A DNA stretch of 64,000 nt from Felis catus (taxonomy: Eukaryota), in the NCBI RefSeq assembly GCF_018350175.1, contig NC_058368.1:98520001-98584000 (forward strand), given 5' to 3'. Under the pieces are notes generated by a model that worked only from the letters and a program-made list of their open reading frames with translations, had not been told where the DNA came from and made no database searches. Positions 12,298 to 25,359 of this stretch are shown piece by piece. Numbering within the stretch: the first letter of the stretch is position 1; the number at the start of each line of letters is the position of its first letter. The position numbers were made by a program, and so were the translations under genes.

Positions 12298-13573
12298 CAT
12301 TGCATGTTGTGTTCCCTTTATTCTCTTTCTCTTTTTGCTGCAGTAACTGCCTAAATGCCACTTATTTATGTCTTTATACTATTCTTGTCTGATTTGGTAA
12401 CTTGAACGCTTTATTTGCCCTGTGACATTAGAATAAGTTCTATTTGATTTCTTCCTCATCTGAAATCTCTCTTCTTCCTGAGATACATCCTGGGTACAGA
12501 CTCTGTGCAGTGTGTGGACTGGAGTGAAGGAGGCTGCGAAACCAGGAGGGTTCATTGGCAGCCAGGCTTTGTTAACAATCCTGAATCTTTATTCCTTCCC
12601 TTTGTTGGGGAAGCATCCCCATCCAGTGTCGGAATGGCCCCGGACTTCAGATGATTCTTCTAACCCGATTGGCGGAAGTTGAGCCATGCACTGTGACCAG
12701 TTCAATTGTTCTCTCATCTTTCCTGTCATTTCCACTTTCTCATAACAGAAGAGAGAAATACATGCAGAATATGTTTTTTAGCAGTGATATTCAAAGTCTG
12801 GGGGAGAGGGGCAGTGGAAAATAGCAGGTGAGGATCTCCACTGGGCAATGTCTGCCTCAAGATCTCAAAATAAGTTTGAGATAATAAGCCCGGCATGTTT
12901 CTGAGAGTGTTTAGTTTTCCCTTGACAGTTTGATGCCCATTCGGGAATCACCAGAAGGGTGAGGTCCAGGGATTTTCTCTGTGTCCTTTAGAGTGACTCA
13001 GAAGAAGGCAGGTGGAGGCTTTTACTTTTGTGCAAATGTTCATCTCCTTTTCCACACTCCCCAGTTCATCCTGCTCTTTCTTTTGTCCTCCCGAGAAGAA
13101 TCTTTTGTGATAATTTTTGAAACTTTTTTTCCTGATCTAATCCCTCCCTTCTTCCCGACACAAACTGAGGAGTTTGGACAAACTTGAGGACAGTCTGGAC
13201 TGTCCCAAGCTAAGCCGTATTAATATTTTGAAACTTCTGTTACTTTCCTGACCTCCCATCATTTTTCTTGATGATGCTCCTATATTTTTGATGTGTTTTG
13301 TTTTGTTTAACTATTGGGTTTTGTTTTTGTTCTTTTTACAATTTTTTTGGCAGAGAAATTTTGTTTTCCATCTTGACATTTGTTCACCACCTTAAAAGGA
13401 AAGTCTGGGAAACATAACTTTTTAAAAAGTGACTAAAATATGAAAATAGCCACAGAAGCTCTGTTTTAATCAGAGTTCATGGACTAAATAGGCTAATAGA
13501 GGGAATGTAATATTAATGCTTTCTCAGTATTTACTGTTTATTTTAGTCCTCATATCTTTGGTTTGTGTTTCTA

Positions 13574-13772
13574 TTTTTTTTTTTTTAGTTTATTTATTTA
13601 TTTTGAGATAGAGTGCAAGTGGGGGAGGGGCAAAGAGAGACAGAAATTGGGAATCCCAAGCAGGTTCTGCACACTGTCAGCACAGAGCCCAACACGGGGC
13701 CCAGTCTTACAGAGCACAAGGTCATGACCTGAGCCAAAATCAAGAGTAAGACCCTTACCCAACTACTGAGCC
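13574..13772 (-). mobile_element. slightly 5'-truncated Can-SINE
   Basis: Lacks the first ~13 nt of the head; TSD ttggtttgtRtttct at 13558-13572 and 13773-13787. Confidence 0.94.
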
Positions 13773-14535
13773 TTGGTTTGTATTTCTTACCTTGAATAGG
13801 AATAGTGAGAGAAAATAAGTTTACTCGTCTCAAGAAACGTCCATCAGTAACATTGATCTGAGCATGTGAAGGGAAGAAAAAGCAGGCGTGGCATGCACCT
13901 GTTTGAGAAGTCCCATAAAGTGAGAGTCTGTTTTCTCTTTCACTGTGTTCCTCTGCTTAGTCACGACATACTCTCAAGGTTATCAGAAAATACTTGAGTC
14001 TCAGTGTTCTCATTATTCACAGAGAAGAAGGGACTGGACAGTGTGATTGACATTCTGAAACAGGACTTGGTCCTTTCTCCACTCCCCCCCCAGTACACAC
14101 ACACTTGTGCACACACCCACATGGCCAGCATAGACTGTAGTGTTCTTTGACATGTGAAATTGGAAATAGAGTTCACAGGTGCCGTTTGTAACTTGGCTTG
14201 CGTCACTGAGATCAATTGTAAGTTCATATTAAGATCATCCTCTGGAAAAGATAATGGGAACTATCAAAAAAGTTGATAGGTTTCACTGAAGATACCACTT
14301 TCACTTACTAAGGAGGAGGTAGGTACTTGCCCAGAAAAGCCTAGTTTGGGAAGGCTTCTGGGTTTTCAATGCTGCCAAGACCCTAACAGTGTTTGCCATG
14401 GCTATGAGATTCTGTGACTTACTAGGAGCCTTCCACAAAGGCCAGGAATGAATGCAGTCTTTTCATTCAGCAGTGAAAGTTACATTGGCTTTATCCAGGT
14501 CATGGTGTCAAGCAGATAATTAAATTAAATTGCCA

Positions 14536-14753
14536 GGGGCGTCTGGGTGGCTCAGTCGGTTAAGCGTCTGACTTTGGCTCAGGTCACGATCTTCCAGTCC
14601 GTGAGTTCGAGCCCGCATCAGGCTCTGTGCTGACTGCTCAGAGCCTGGAGCCTGTTTCGGATTCTGTGTCTCCCTCTCTGTCTGACTCTCCCCCATTCAT
14701 GCTCTGTCTCTCTCTGTCTCAAAAATAAATAAACATTAAAAAAAATTAAAAAA
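14536..14753 (+). mobile_element. Can-SINE
   Basis: Canonical; TSD aattaaattgcca. Confidence 0.96.
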
Positions 14754-15587
14754 AATTAAATTGCCACAGCAATATCACAATGTCAGGATTATATGGTACA
14801 TCTTCAGGGAGAAAATGGTAACTTTGAATACTTAACACTTTAAACACACATATGCACATACACATACAACAGTATATGTATATGAGAGTATATACACATG
14901 TTAAACAGAACACGTTTATATATATGTATATATATAGCTGTAGATGTATGTATGGAAAATTTCCCCCATTCAACAAAATAAAGAATCTGATTTGTAATTT
15001 TGAAGCTGATAATTCATATTCTGAGAAAGTGGTGATTATCAAATGTATTCTCCACTTGATGAATGAGTGATAGTAGGAGATAATGAGATCTAGAAATTAT
15101 TGGCACAAAGGAAAAAAAAACAAAACAAAAATAATTTACTTAAAGAACTGGACCAGAATCACTATTTAATAAAAAGTAACTGTTGCTATTGTAATGATGT
15201 GATTCTAAAGATTTGTCTTTATTAACTTTTCTTTATATAATACTAACTTCCAAAAAATACCTAGAGGCAGTATTCAGTAGAAGATAATTTTTTTTAACTA
15301 CATAACTCTTTAGTAAAAGCTGGAAAAGGGAAGGAGAAAGTTATATTGTAAGCCAGTAAGGATAAACTGGGCTAGGGAATCATTCAGAAAATGCTGAACT
15401 AAGGACATCTGCAGCTATTGAGTACAAAATTTACCTCCAAGTTTCCCAGAAATCAAAGAAAGAAGAAAAACATAATGAGATGCTGCTATAATAAATAAAT
15501 AACAGAGAATCATACCAGTTTCCCAGAAGAGACCAGTGTTTTCCCTATCTGTGCAATCCATCAGAAATTTATCTTGTCTTTATGTGA

Positions 15588-15710
15588 GTAAGACGACCTA
15601 CTTCTCGTTTGTTAGGGACTTTTCAAGTTTAAAATCTGTAATTATTTATATAAAACTTTAACTCTCAAAAGTGTCCTTGTTTGAAAAATAAATTATATGG
15701 TCATTTTCTA
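15588..15710 (-). mobile_element. MER94-like hAT-Blackjack MITE
   Basis: 'actctcaaaagtgtccttgtttgaaaaataaattatatggtca' matches the recalled MER94 end; ~125 bp with degraded TIRs. Confidence 0.7.
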
Positions 15711-15739
15711 CAGTAGCAGAAAAATATATTGAAACACAT

Positions 15740-16110
15740 GACTGACCCAGGTTTTATGAGGCCAGAAACTTATATTACCTTGGACTCCCCCATTTAAGAA
15801 ACAGGATGTACAGTTACAAACACAAAATTAGGAAGGAAAGGTAACATTTCTTTAGAATGAAATATATCACAAAAGATGAATACTTTTTAAAGATGATAAA
15901 CTATTAATGACCTGCTGTAACTCAGTAATTTTTTCCTGCACTTCTCGGCTATATACTCTAGAAATAAACACCTCTATTTAGGACAACAGTTTTATTATAG
16001 CATTACCTCTAGAGGAAAATAGCATGGTTGATGGAAATTTATTATTACTGTTAGTTTTAAGAAGTTTGAGCTTTATAAGCTGTTTATAACATTATATAAA
16101 TGTTTAGGAT
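15740..16110 (+). mobile_element. Arthur1-like hAT-Tip100 DNA transposon relic (may continue beyond 16517)
   Basis: 'ccaggttttatgaggccagaaacttata...ttaagaaa...acaaaattagg...tttagaatga' matches the recalled Arthur1 left end. Confidence 0.6.
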
Positions 16111-16516
16111 TGTTGTCAAATTTGGTGTTGTCTTCCTCGTTCTTGAAGCCCCCCCTCTCCCCTTCATGTGTTCTGTAGAATCCTTTGTTCCAGGAACTCA
16201 GTATCACTGTGGGCATCTCGCTGACCTCAGTGTATATTCAGTTATGAGACTCGGGTGGCCAGCACCTGAGTTAGTCAAGAGACACCACCAACACGGCTGG
16301 CATATGTACTGGTTTCCAACTGAAATTGCCCAGATCCTGTATTTTCCTATAAAACCCCATAGCCTTTTACCCCAAGCGGATCTTCAGTTTTGAAAGCATT
16401 AGCCTGCTTCAGCCTCCTTCTCCTGGCAAAGCAATAAAACTAGTGTTCCTCTTTATCCCCAAACTCTGTCTTCATGTCATATTTTTGCTCCAAGCAGAGG
16501 TTCGTTTCCAACAACA
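16111..16516 (+). mobile_element. solo ERV1-type LTR
   Basis: TGTTG...CAACA termini, TATA-like cctataaaa (~16346), AATAAA (~16433), 4-bp GGAT flanks; alternative start at 16126. Confidence 0.75.
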
Positions 16517-16707
16517 GGATATGTTTATATAGATAAACATGCATCTATAGCTGACTAATACAAGAGGTCTTACTTAAAATTTTCATGCACATCCTTGCCC
16601 CAGCCATCAAGGAGTAAAAGAGTCTTCACAAAATACTGGAGGGCATTAAAACATTGTAGTTGAGGATTACCTCCTAAATCATTTCTATGATAATTATTTT
16701 TATCATT

Positions 16708-16921
16708 GTTAAACACATTTTTAATGTTTATTTTTGAGAGGAGAGATCCAGAGTGCGAGCATGGGTGGGCCAGATAGAGAGAGGGAGACACAGAATCTGA
16801 AGCAGGCTCCAGGCTCTGAGCTGTCAGCATAGAGCCTTACGCGGGGCTCAAACCCACAAACAGTGAAATTATGACCTGAGCCAAAGCCTGACATTAACTG
16901 ACTGAGCCACTGAGGCACACC
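16708..16921 (-). mobile_element. Can-SINE
   Basis: Canonical; TSD aattattttRtcatt-like on both sides. Confidence 0.94.
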
Positions 16922-17143
16922 AATTATTTTTGTCATTTTAAAGCAGTTCAGAAATTCACATTCACTGTCCAGGTCAAGAAATAACAGCAAATACCTTTTT
17001 AGCATTAGTGTCTTTTTAAATATACAATATATTAAAGGTATTATCTTTTTCTCAACTATAACTCACTTTAAAAAATATATTACATAATGAGTTTTCAGAT
17101 ATAGTATGAAGCTATGTTCCATTATTTAAGTTTGGCAAAGTAA

Positions 17144-17427
17144 GGGGCCCCCGGGGGGCTCAGTTGAATAAGCGCCTGACTCTTGGTTTAAGCTCAGGTC
17201 ATGATCTCACAGTTCATGAGTTCGAGCCCCACGTCACGCTCCATGCTAGCAGTGCAGAGCCTCCTTGGGATTCTCTCTCTCTCTTTCTCTCTCTCTCCAT
17301 ATCTCTCCCCCTCTCTCTCTCTTTCTCCCACCCTCTCTCCTACCGCCTGCTTTCCCCACCCCCTCTCATACTCATGCTCTCTCTCTGTCTCTCTCTCTCT
17401 CAAAATGAATGAACTTTAAAAAAAAAA
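17144..17427 (+). mobile_element. Can-SINE with expanded pyrimidine tract
   Basis: Head, body, long CT-rich tract and A-tail. Confidence 0.93.
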
Positions 17428-18234
17428 TGGGAACATTATAATAAATGTCTTGCCTACCTCAAAATCCCACCTTCCACAAATATTACTAAAATTCTCTTGA
17501 ACATCTAAATAACACATCACATAAAGTGTTTGTAATGCCAACTAATTAATTATTCATTATCTAGCTAACTCCATACTTGTTAGTTACTTGTTCTTAGTGC
17601 AATGATAGCATGTGGAATCAGGTAAAAGTTATGTTTTACTTCTACATTTCATTAACCATGTATTGCAGTGTAAATAAAATTGAAAAATATGACTAAGACA
17701 TGTAAACACTGCAAATAACACTTAATAAATTAAAATATAAAAAGTCATTATAAGACTGGTTTGCAATTAAAATGTGGTTTATTATAATAGTTTTTTATTT
17801 AAATTATACACATTTGCCTTTATACCAAATATTTGAATAATGAGAATTTAGAGTCAACAGATAGGTCTTCACACATTTATAAGCAAAAGGAGAAGAATGA
17901 TTTCAGTTATAGAATTTTTTCAGCATAATAGCTCTACAAGTATTTCTAGATTATGAGTACAATCTAACTAGTAATTAGAGTCCAGAAATACAAATTATAT
18001 TTCACATCCTTTACTTTTAATAAGCCATCAAAGGTGATGCCACTGACAGTGATTTTCTTTTCTCATTAAAAAACATTCACATAGTCCACATTCTTATTTT
18101 TTCATTCTAGAAAACAATACTTAAAATTGTAGCAACTATGTTTTTTAAATTAAAACAAAAACTTCTAAGAAAAGCATTGCATGTAATTGTTAAGAAGTGA
18201 CATGGGAAAAAATTGCCGATACTATAAATTAATG

Positions 18235-18335
18235 TATGTATTATATGTTTACATATTATATATAATATATATATGCTAACATACATATATACATATATTA
18301 TACATAATATACATGTTATGTGTGTATAGATACAT
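18235..18335. repeat. (TA/CA)-rich low-complexity tract
   Basis: Directly visible. Confidence 0.8.
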
Positions 18336-18439
18336 AAAACCCAGGAAATTGAGTCATGTCTTCATTTTTTTTTATAATCCAAAGTTTTGCTAACATAGGA
18401 GTAGATTCTCTTTTTAAAGGAGATTTAGAGTTGCAAATA

Positions 18440-19048
18440 ATCTAAAAAGCTTCTACACAATGAAGGAAACAAAACTAAAAGGCAACCTACAGAATAGGAG
18501 AAGCTATTTGCAAGTGACATATCAAATAAAGGGCCAGTATGCTAAGTCTCTCAAGAACTTATCAAACTCAACACCCGAAAACAAATAATCCAGTGAAGAA
18601 ATGGGCAGAAGATATGAATAGACACTTCTCCAAGAAGACATCCAGATGGCCAACCGACACATGAAAAAATGCTCAACATCACTCATCATCAGGGAAATGC
18701 AAATCAAAAGCACGATGAGATACCACCTTACATCTGTCAGAATGGCTAAAATGAACTATTCAGGGAACAACAGTTGTTGGTGAGGCTGTGGAGAAAAGAG
18801 GACCCTCTTGTACTATTGGTAGGAATGCAAACTGGTACAACAACTCCACATAACAATGTGGACTTTCCTCAGCAAGTTCAAGATGGAACTGCCCTACAAC
18901 TACAATTGCACTACCAGGTACTTATCCAAAAATAGTGATTCAAAGGGGCACATGCACCCCAATCTTTATAGCAGCATTATCAATAAGAGCCAAAATATGA
19001 AAAGAGCCCAAATGTCCATCGATTGATGAATAGATAAAAAAATAGGTG

Positions 19049-19094
<46 letters not shown>

Positions 19095-19530
19095 TGTGTG
19101 CACAGAATCTTGCTCAGCCATCAAAATGAATGAAATCTTGCCATTTGCAACAACATGGTTGGAGCTAGAGTGTACTATGGTAAGCTAAATAAGGCAGGCA
19201 GAGAAAGACAAATACCGTATGATTTCACTCATATGTGGAATTTAAGAAATAAAGTGGATAAATAAAGGGAAGGGAAGGAAAAATAAAATAAGATGAAAAA
19301 AGAGAGGGAGGTAAACCATAAGAGACTCAAATATAGGGAATAAACTGAGGGTTGCTGAAAGGGAGGAGGCGGATGGGCTATATGGGTGATGGGCATAAGG
19401 AGAGCATTTGCTGGGGTGAGCACTGGGTGTTAGACATGAGTGATGAATCACTAAATTCTATTCCCAATACCAATACTACACTATATATTAACTAACTTGA
19501 ATTTCAGTACAATCTTGGAAGAAAAAAAGA
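18440..19530 (+). mobile_element. 5'-truncated carnivore L1 (ORF2 C-terminus plus 3'UTR) with internal (CA)n
   Basis: 'gacacatgaaaaaatgctcaacatcactcatcatcagggaaatgcaaatcaaa', carnivore 3'UTR 'gggtgatgggcataaggagagc...aatcactaaattcta'; (CA)n at about 19051-19091. Confidence 0.95.
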
Positions 19531-19711
19531 ATCAGAAATAATCCCCCTCAAGCCATTTTATAAAACCTTGGAACATATTTTACGTATGACTTTCCTCAAA
19601 GATTAAAAGGGAATTAATGCCTCCATATGCTCTAAAACATAATTAGTTCTGACCTTGTGAATTCAAAATTTATTTTCATTTACATTAGTGCTGGACTGAA
19701 GCTTTCCTCTT

Positions 19712-20460
19712 TTGAAAAATATTTATTGAAGAATTATTTACATGAAGAAAGTGCACAAATAATATGTTACAGTTTGATTGATTTTCTACAAACTGAACAC
19801 ACCCATGTAACAAGCATCCATATCAAGAAACAAAACCTCACCAGCCTCTGGGCAGACAGCTCTCCCCTGTGCCCCCTACTGGCCACTGCTAGCACCACCC
19901 CTGTGTCCCCTTCTGGCCAATGCTAGCACCCTAAAGCAGACAGCTGTGCTGACTCTTAGCACTATGCACTGGGTTAGCCTGTTTTTGAACTTCATGTATA
20001 TTGGATCATACAATATGCCTTCTCTAGTGTCTGGATTCGTCTGCCAAGGAGTATGTTTGTGAGATTGATCCACATTGTTGAGAAGGGTTGTGGCTTCTTT
20101 GACTTTTATTGATGAATAATATTTCATTGTGTGACTGTATCAAAACCATTCTCTAGTCTCCTCTTGATGGACATTTAAGTAGTTTCTAGTTTGGCACTGT
20201 TATGATAATGCTGTTTTAAACATTTTGTAGGTCTTTTCATGAATTTGTGTACACATTTCCGCTAGGTTAGAAATTGACAAGCCAAAACATAAGTACCTAT
20301 TCAGCTTTAGTAGATAATGTCTAATACTGTTCCAGAGTGTTTTTCCAGGCGATTGCATCAGTTTCCATGTTTACCCAGAGTGTACGTGACTTTTGATTTC
20401 TCCACATATTTGCCCACAGTTAGCACTGCCTTTCCTTTTATTTTGTTCATTCTGGTAGGA
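19712..20460 (-). mobile_element. ancient L1 3' end (L1MC/MD/ME-type)
   Basis: 'aaagtgcacaaat...acaaactgaacacacccatgtaac...atcaagaaaca', 'ttgatggacatttaagtagtttctagtttgg'. Confidence 0.85.
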
Positions 20461-22409
20461 GAAACTTGCCTTCTTTTTCTATGAAATATTTTTCTAGGCA
20501 AAGTGATACTGGAAGTCGTGATTAATCATAGCACCGCTAACACGTTTCCTTCTACAGTTGTGACTCTTTCACTGTTTGAAAATGACACATTTTCAGCATC
20601 AAGTGTAGCAACTAATAAATACTGGTTGTGCATAATACAATTTGCATTCCTTTCCTCATTCTCTTTTATTCAAAGCACTCAATGTTTAGATGCAAAGCTG
20701 GTGTCTTCTGCCTTTGGAGTACAGCAAACCAAAAAAAGTTGCATACAAATATATTAAATCCTTAATGCATTATCCCCTTCCGGATTCTTCCACCTTATAT
20801 GCCATAGGTAATACGTATTACTATTTTAAAAATTAAGTACCTTTAGAAACACGTGATGGTAAAGTTTTGGTTCTTCTAGTGGACATAATGTCATAACCTT
20901 GTAAGTAAGATGACTTTAACTTCCAGGTTACCTGGGATAATCCTCCTGGCTTATAGCTCTTGCCCTAGCAAAGTGCCCCTTTCACCTACAATGGTATTCT
21001 ACTTTAGATGATGCATGAACACACGACTTGTAACCAAAGCCAGCTTGGCCCTAAGTATTCTGTTAAGTTTCAGTAAAACACTGATCTTGTCCTTCAGTAG
21101 CTCACAGTCTCGAATAACTTTATTTCATGTTTACCTGATTCAGATAATATTTAATGGAATATCCTGTTATAAAGGAAAATAATTGTGGAAATGAAAATAT
21201 TTCCTGTTGACCTAATAATGTGTGATTTCAAAGTTGATCCCGTAAGATAAACTTGAGGTTTCATATTTGTCCTTTTTACTACTTTGAGGTCTTAAGCAGT
21301 ACTTTTCAGTGTTTCTGGATGGATTCATGATTGCCTTACCACTATACTTACTTTTAAACATGAATTCAGTTACTAATATGATACCCTTTCTCTCTGTAAT
21401 ATTGTTAAAATTTTTCCATTTATCGTCTGATCTCCTTTCTTTGTTAAATTTTCTCTTAAGGTAATACCACTATTGGGTTTTGTAAAATGAGAATTTGTCA
21501 CCATTCAAATGTTCTTTGAAGAAAAGTGACAGTACATATTTAATGCGCAATAATATGCAAATTAGCATAAGGTAGAAACAAATAGGGTAAGCGGATGTAC
21601 AGACATATCAAAATAGTATTAAAATTCCATTTGCAATCCTGAACCTATTATAGGATCCTCTTTTCTAAACCAAATCCCTGGGTGTATGCAGGTTACATTA
21701 TGATAGAATTTACTCTGAAAAGTTCATTGTAATAAAATAGGCGTATGGAAGTTAAAATATTGACCCATGATAAAACATATCTCAAAAGCAGACCTACAAT
21801 TAACTCTCTCATAAGAAACATGGATTTGGTGTTTTAGGGACCAATTTTTTCTTTTTTACCATAATCAAAATGGTGATATGATACAATCTTACTGGATGTC
21901 TTGCATTCATGGCCAATAGGTTTGTTATATTATTTGGAAATCTTCTCACTTACTATGTATCATTAAGCAGTATCTCAAGATCTTTCCTCTTAAGCTATCT
22001 GTGCCTACTTGAATTTGAGCTACTCTACATGTGCTTTTTCAGGTTCATTTCCTAATTCTGATTCCACCTGCTAATACTCCAAGTCCTATTCCACCTTTAC
22101 TCACTTGTACCCACGATCTCATTCCCCCGCACTCCTAGGAGAGAGTCTGACCCTAATCTATTGACCACCCATCCTGGGGGTTCTCAAAAATAAGAAACTG
22201 AGAACTTGAGCAATGGACCATACAAGGAAAAATTATGGCGAGTGGTCATTAATAGGATTGCTGACATCATAAAATACAAAGCTCTGTAGGCATTCTACTG
22301 CTTAAATAGCCACCAGTAAGATGGCTTGAAACCATCTTCATTCAACATGTTGCATATTGTTATATATTGTTCTTTGCATAGTCTATTTCCTTTATGTGGC
22401 ATGACATTT

Positions 22410-22610
22410 TGGTGAATGGGTGGGGCTCACAAGTCAGACAGAACTTTTAATCTGTGTGATTTTGCATGGTTATGCTATCTCCCTGAGTCCCAGCATTTCC
22501 TTCTGTAATATGGAGGATATAAACATGCAGATTTATTGGAATGACTTATGTAAAGCACTTGTCACAGTACATGGCACCTAGTAAGTATCCCATAAACTGG
22601 TAATGATAAA
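22410..22610 (+). mobile_element. MIR
   Basis: 'ctgtgtgattttg...ctccctgagtcccagcatttccttctgtaa...atgtaaagcacttgtcacagtacatggcacctagtaagt'. Confidence 0.75.
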
Positions 22611-22808
22611 TTAGTATTTTTAGTCTTGTGTTCATACTAAAGACACTGCACCAGAAAAAAAATCAAGGTTGCTAAAAAGAAAATCTGGGAAATCTGGAAA
22701 ATTCTGTAGAAATACTACTTATGTTTTCTTTTGCTCAGGCCTTTTTGAATGCGACAGAATTATTCATTGCAAATAGTTAAACCCCAACTTGGAGCTATAC
22801 TAAAGGAC

Positions 22809-22809
<1 letters not shown>

Positions 22810-22855
<46 letters not shown>
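22810..22855. repeat. (CA)n microsatellite
   Basis: Directly visible. Confidence 0.98.
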
Positions 22856-22857
<2 letters not shown>

Positions 22858-22984
22858 GTTGTGGTATTTCCTGATAAGTTTGCCTCACTAGGAGATTTTA
22901 GAAATGCTTAGCCTGACAAGATTACTTCAGATCCTGGTTTTTCTGTGTTCCCCAATCTGGTAGCTCTTCATTATGCTACATCGT

Positions 22985-23140
22985 AGGATTCTGGGTTCAG
23001 ATTCTGAACTCCCTACTTCTTAGATTGTGATTTTGAGCAGAACATCTAGTTTTTGTACACCTCCACTTCCTTTTCTATAACCTAATGCACAACTACATGG
23101 AGTTGTGCGGGATAAGCCCAGTACTGCCTAACAAAGAACA
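22985..23140 (+). mobile_element. MIR relic
   Basis: 'ctgggttcagattctgaactccctacttcttagattgtgattttgagca...cctccacttcctt'. Confidence 0.55.
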
Positions 23141-23772
23141 AGTAAAAGTCAACTACCTGCGCTTCAGCAGTCACTTCCTCCAGAATCAGTTCACCACTAG
23201 CTACAGGCCATTCTTGGAGCCTCTGCAGTTCCTGTAGGTTCAGACTTGAAATTCTTGTTCTTGGGAATCATTTCCATGAATCTGCAAAGGGCTGGGGTTT
23301 TAAGGAAGCTTGCTCCCTTTTTAGTGGTGCCTGCAGGGATTCATTATGAGGAATGTCTTCTGTGTTCTGCATGTTCTCGCTCATTCTCTTTGTTCTTTGT
23401 ACTCTCTGATCTGTGCCCTTTCTCTCTCTGAACTCTCCTGCCAAAGGGGAAGGGATTTTTTTCCAGCTCTAGCATTAAGTAGGAAGAAAGTTGCATCTAG
23501 GCCAGGTGTCATCTAAAAATGAGTGATTCCTTGGCTGGACGCACAAATCCGGGACTGTACATTACTTCCTGTGGCTGCAGCTCTGAACAGCTCCCTTCAC
23601 TTAAGCCACTGAGGCATTTGCTATCTATTTCAATCCCATCATGATAAGGACTTTATAAATAGAGCCTTGGTCTATACTGAAGTAACAGATGAGCTTCAAA
23701 AACAAGATATGATAGCTTTTGTGATCTCATAACATATTCAGGATTTCCTGATTTCTAGGTATTATTATTGGT

Positions 23773-24112
23773 TTCATTTATTAAAAAAAATATTTATTGA
23801 ACACCTTCCATGCACCAGGCATCATTTTAAGCATTAGGGATTTAGCAGCAAACAGGGACAGAGTAGTTTTAATTTTGATTGGGGTGGCCAGAAGACAGTA
23901 GAAAAGGTGAAGGAGCAAGCTAATTTGGAGAATAGCATTCCTGACAGGGGGAAAGCAAATGCAGTGTCCTAGGGTAGAATGTGTCTGTCTTTGTGTGGTT
24001 TCATGTGGGAGCAAGGTAAAAGGTACAAGATAGCAGATTGGAGAGATATCCAGGGACAGAGACCAGGCCCATTCCCATAGGCCATTGTAAGAACTCTGGC
24101 CTTTACTTTGGG
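23773..24112 (-). mobile_element. L2 3' end
   Basis: 'aaatatttattgaacaccttccatgcaccaggcatcattttaagca', 'taggccattgtaagaactctggcctttact'. Confidence 0.8.
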
Positions 24113-24286
24113 TTATTTACAAACTCAAGTTATCCCTGAAAGATAGAAAGGAGTACATATATGGTAAGGCTGTGCAGATATGCAGATATCTGGCCACATT
24201 GCTGAGTGTAACTGTCAAAGGGAATTGGGGGTGGTCCTATTGGTAGGCAGAATAGGTCTCTACCCAGTTGGGGGTACATGGGTCAA

Positions 24287-25050
24287 ATTCCAGCTCTTAT
24301 GAGTATTTAACCAAAAGAATTAAAATTAGGATTTCAAAGAGGTGTATGCACTCATGTGTTCATTGCATCATTATTTATGAGAGCCGAAGTATAGAAACAA
24401 CCTAAATGTTCACCAGTGGATGAATGGATAAAGAAAGTGTGGTGTATACCTACAGTGGAATGTTATTTAGCCTTTAAAAAGAAGGAAATCCTTGGGCGCC
24501 TGGGTGGTTCTGACTTTTGGTTTTGGCTCAAATTATGATCTCATGGTTTTGGGGATCGACCCCCACATCAAGCTCTGTGCTGACAGCCAGAGCCTGGTTG
24601 GGATTCTATCCCTCTTCCTCTCTCTTGGCCCCTCCCAAACACACACTCTCTCTCTCTCTCAAGATAAATAAATACACTTTAAATTTAAGAAAAAAAAAAA
24701 AAAGAGAGAGAAGGGAATCCTGTGTATATGACAACTTGGATAAACCCAGAGGATATTATAAGTGAAATTAGCCAATCACAAAAGGATAAATATTGCATGG
24801 TTCCACTTACATATGCTGTATCTAAAATAGACAAATTCATAGAATCACAGAGTGGAATGGTGGTTGCCAGAGCCTGGGGGTAGGGAGAAATGGCAGGTTG
24901 CTGCTCAACAGGTATAATGTTTCAGTTACATAAAATGAGTAAGTTCTAAAGACCTACTGTACAACATTGTTCCTATAGTTACCAATGCTGTATTGTGCAC
25001 TCAAAACTTGGTTGAGAGAGCAGATCTCATGTTAAATGTGGTTACCCCAA
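24287..25050 (+). mobile_element. L1MA/L1MB-type 3' fragment with nested SINE
   Basis: 'gttcattgcatcattattt...caacctaaatgttcaccagtggatgaatggataaag', 'agatctcatgttaaatgtggttacc'. Confidence 0.88.
24494..24710 (+). mobile_element. Can-SINE with internal deletions, nested in L1
   Basis: Head and tail present; TSD agaaggRaatcct. Confidence 0.9.
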
Positions 25051-25359
25051 TGCTACTCCTAGTAAAACCCACCTCTTCAAAATATATACTCCCAGAACTT
25101 AAAACAGTTTTCACAGTGCCTGGCACTCCACCCTCTTTGACTATCCTATTAGCCTCAAAAAATATTCCTGCCTTCAAAAGTACTATCACAAAATCTAGAC
25201 ATGGCTGAGGAGAATCACATGTTTAACAACGAACATCTCTGACATGAAGGATCTTTGGCAATGAGAAAGCATGTTCCACGATTACTGAGATAAGGTCTGA
25301 AATTTGGTGAACACTTAACTGTTAAATAATCAGACGTCAAGGTGATCCATCAGGACAGC

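Noticed and set aside
11957..12361. Cluster of 62-129 aa ORFs on both strands
   Set aside because: Openness is inflated by poly-T and (CA)n/(CT)n tracts; no recognisable domain.
14536..14620. tRNA-like A/B boxes
   Set aside because: tRNA-derived head of a Can-SINE, not a tRNA gene; the same applies to all SINE heads here.
16517..18200. Possible hAT transposase remnant on the minus strand
   Set aside because: Only a faint CERSFS-like similarity by eye; cannot be supported without an HMM search.
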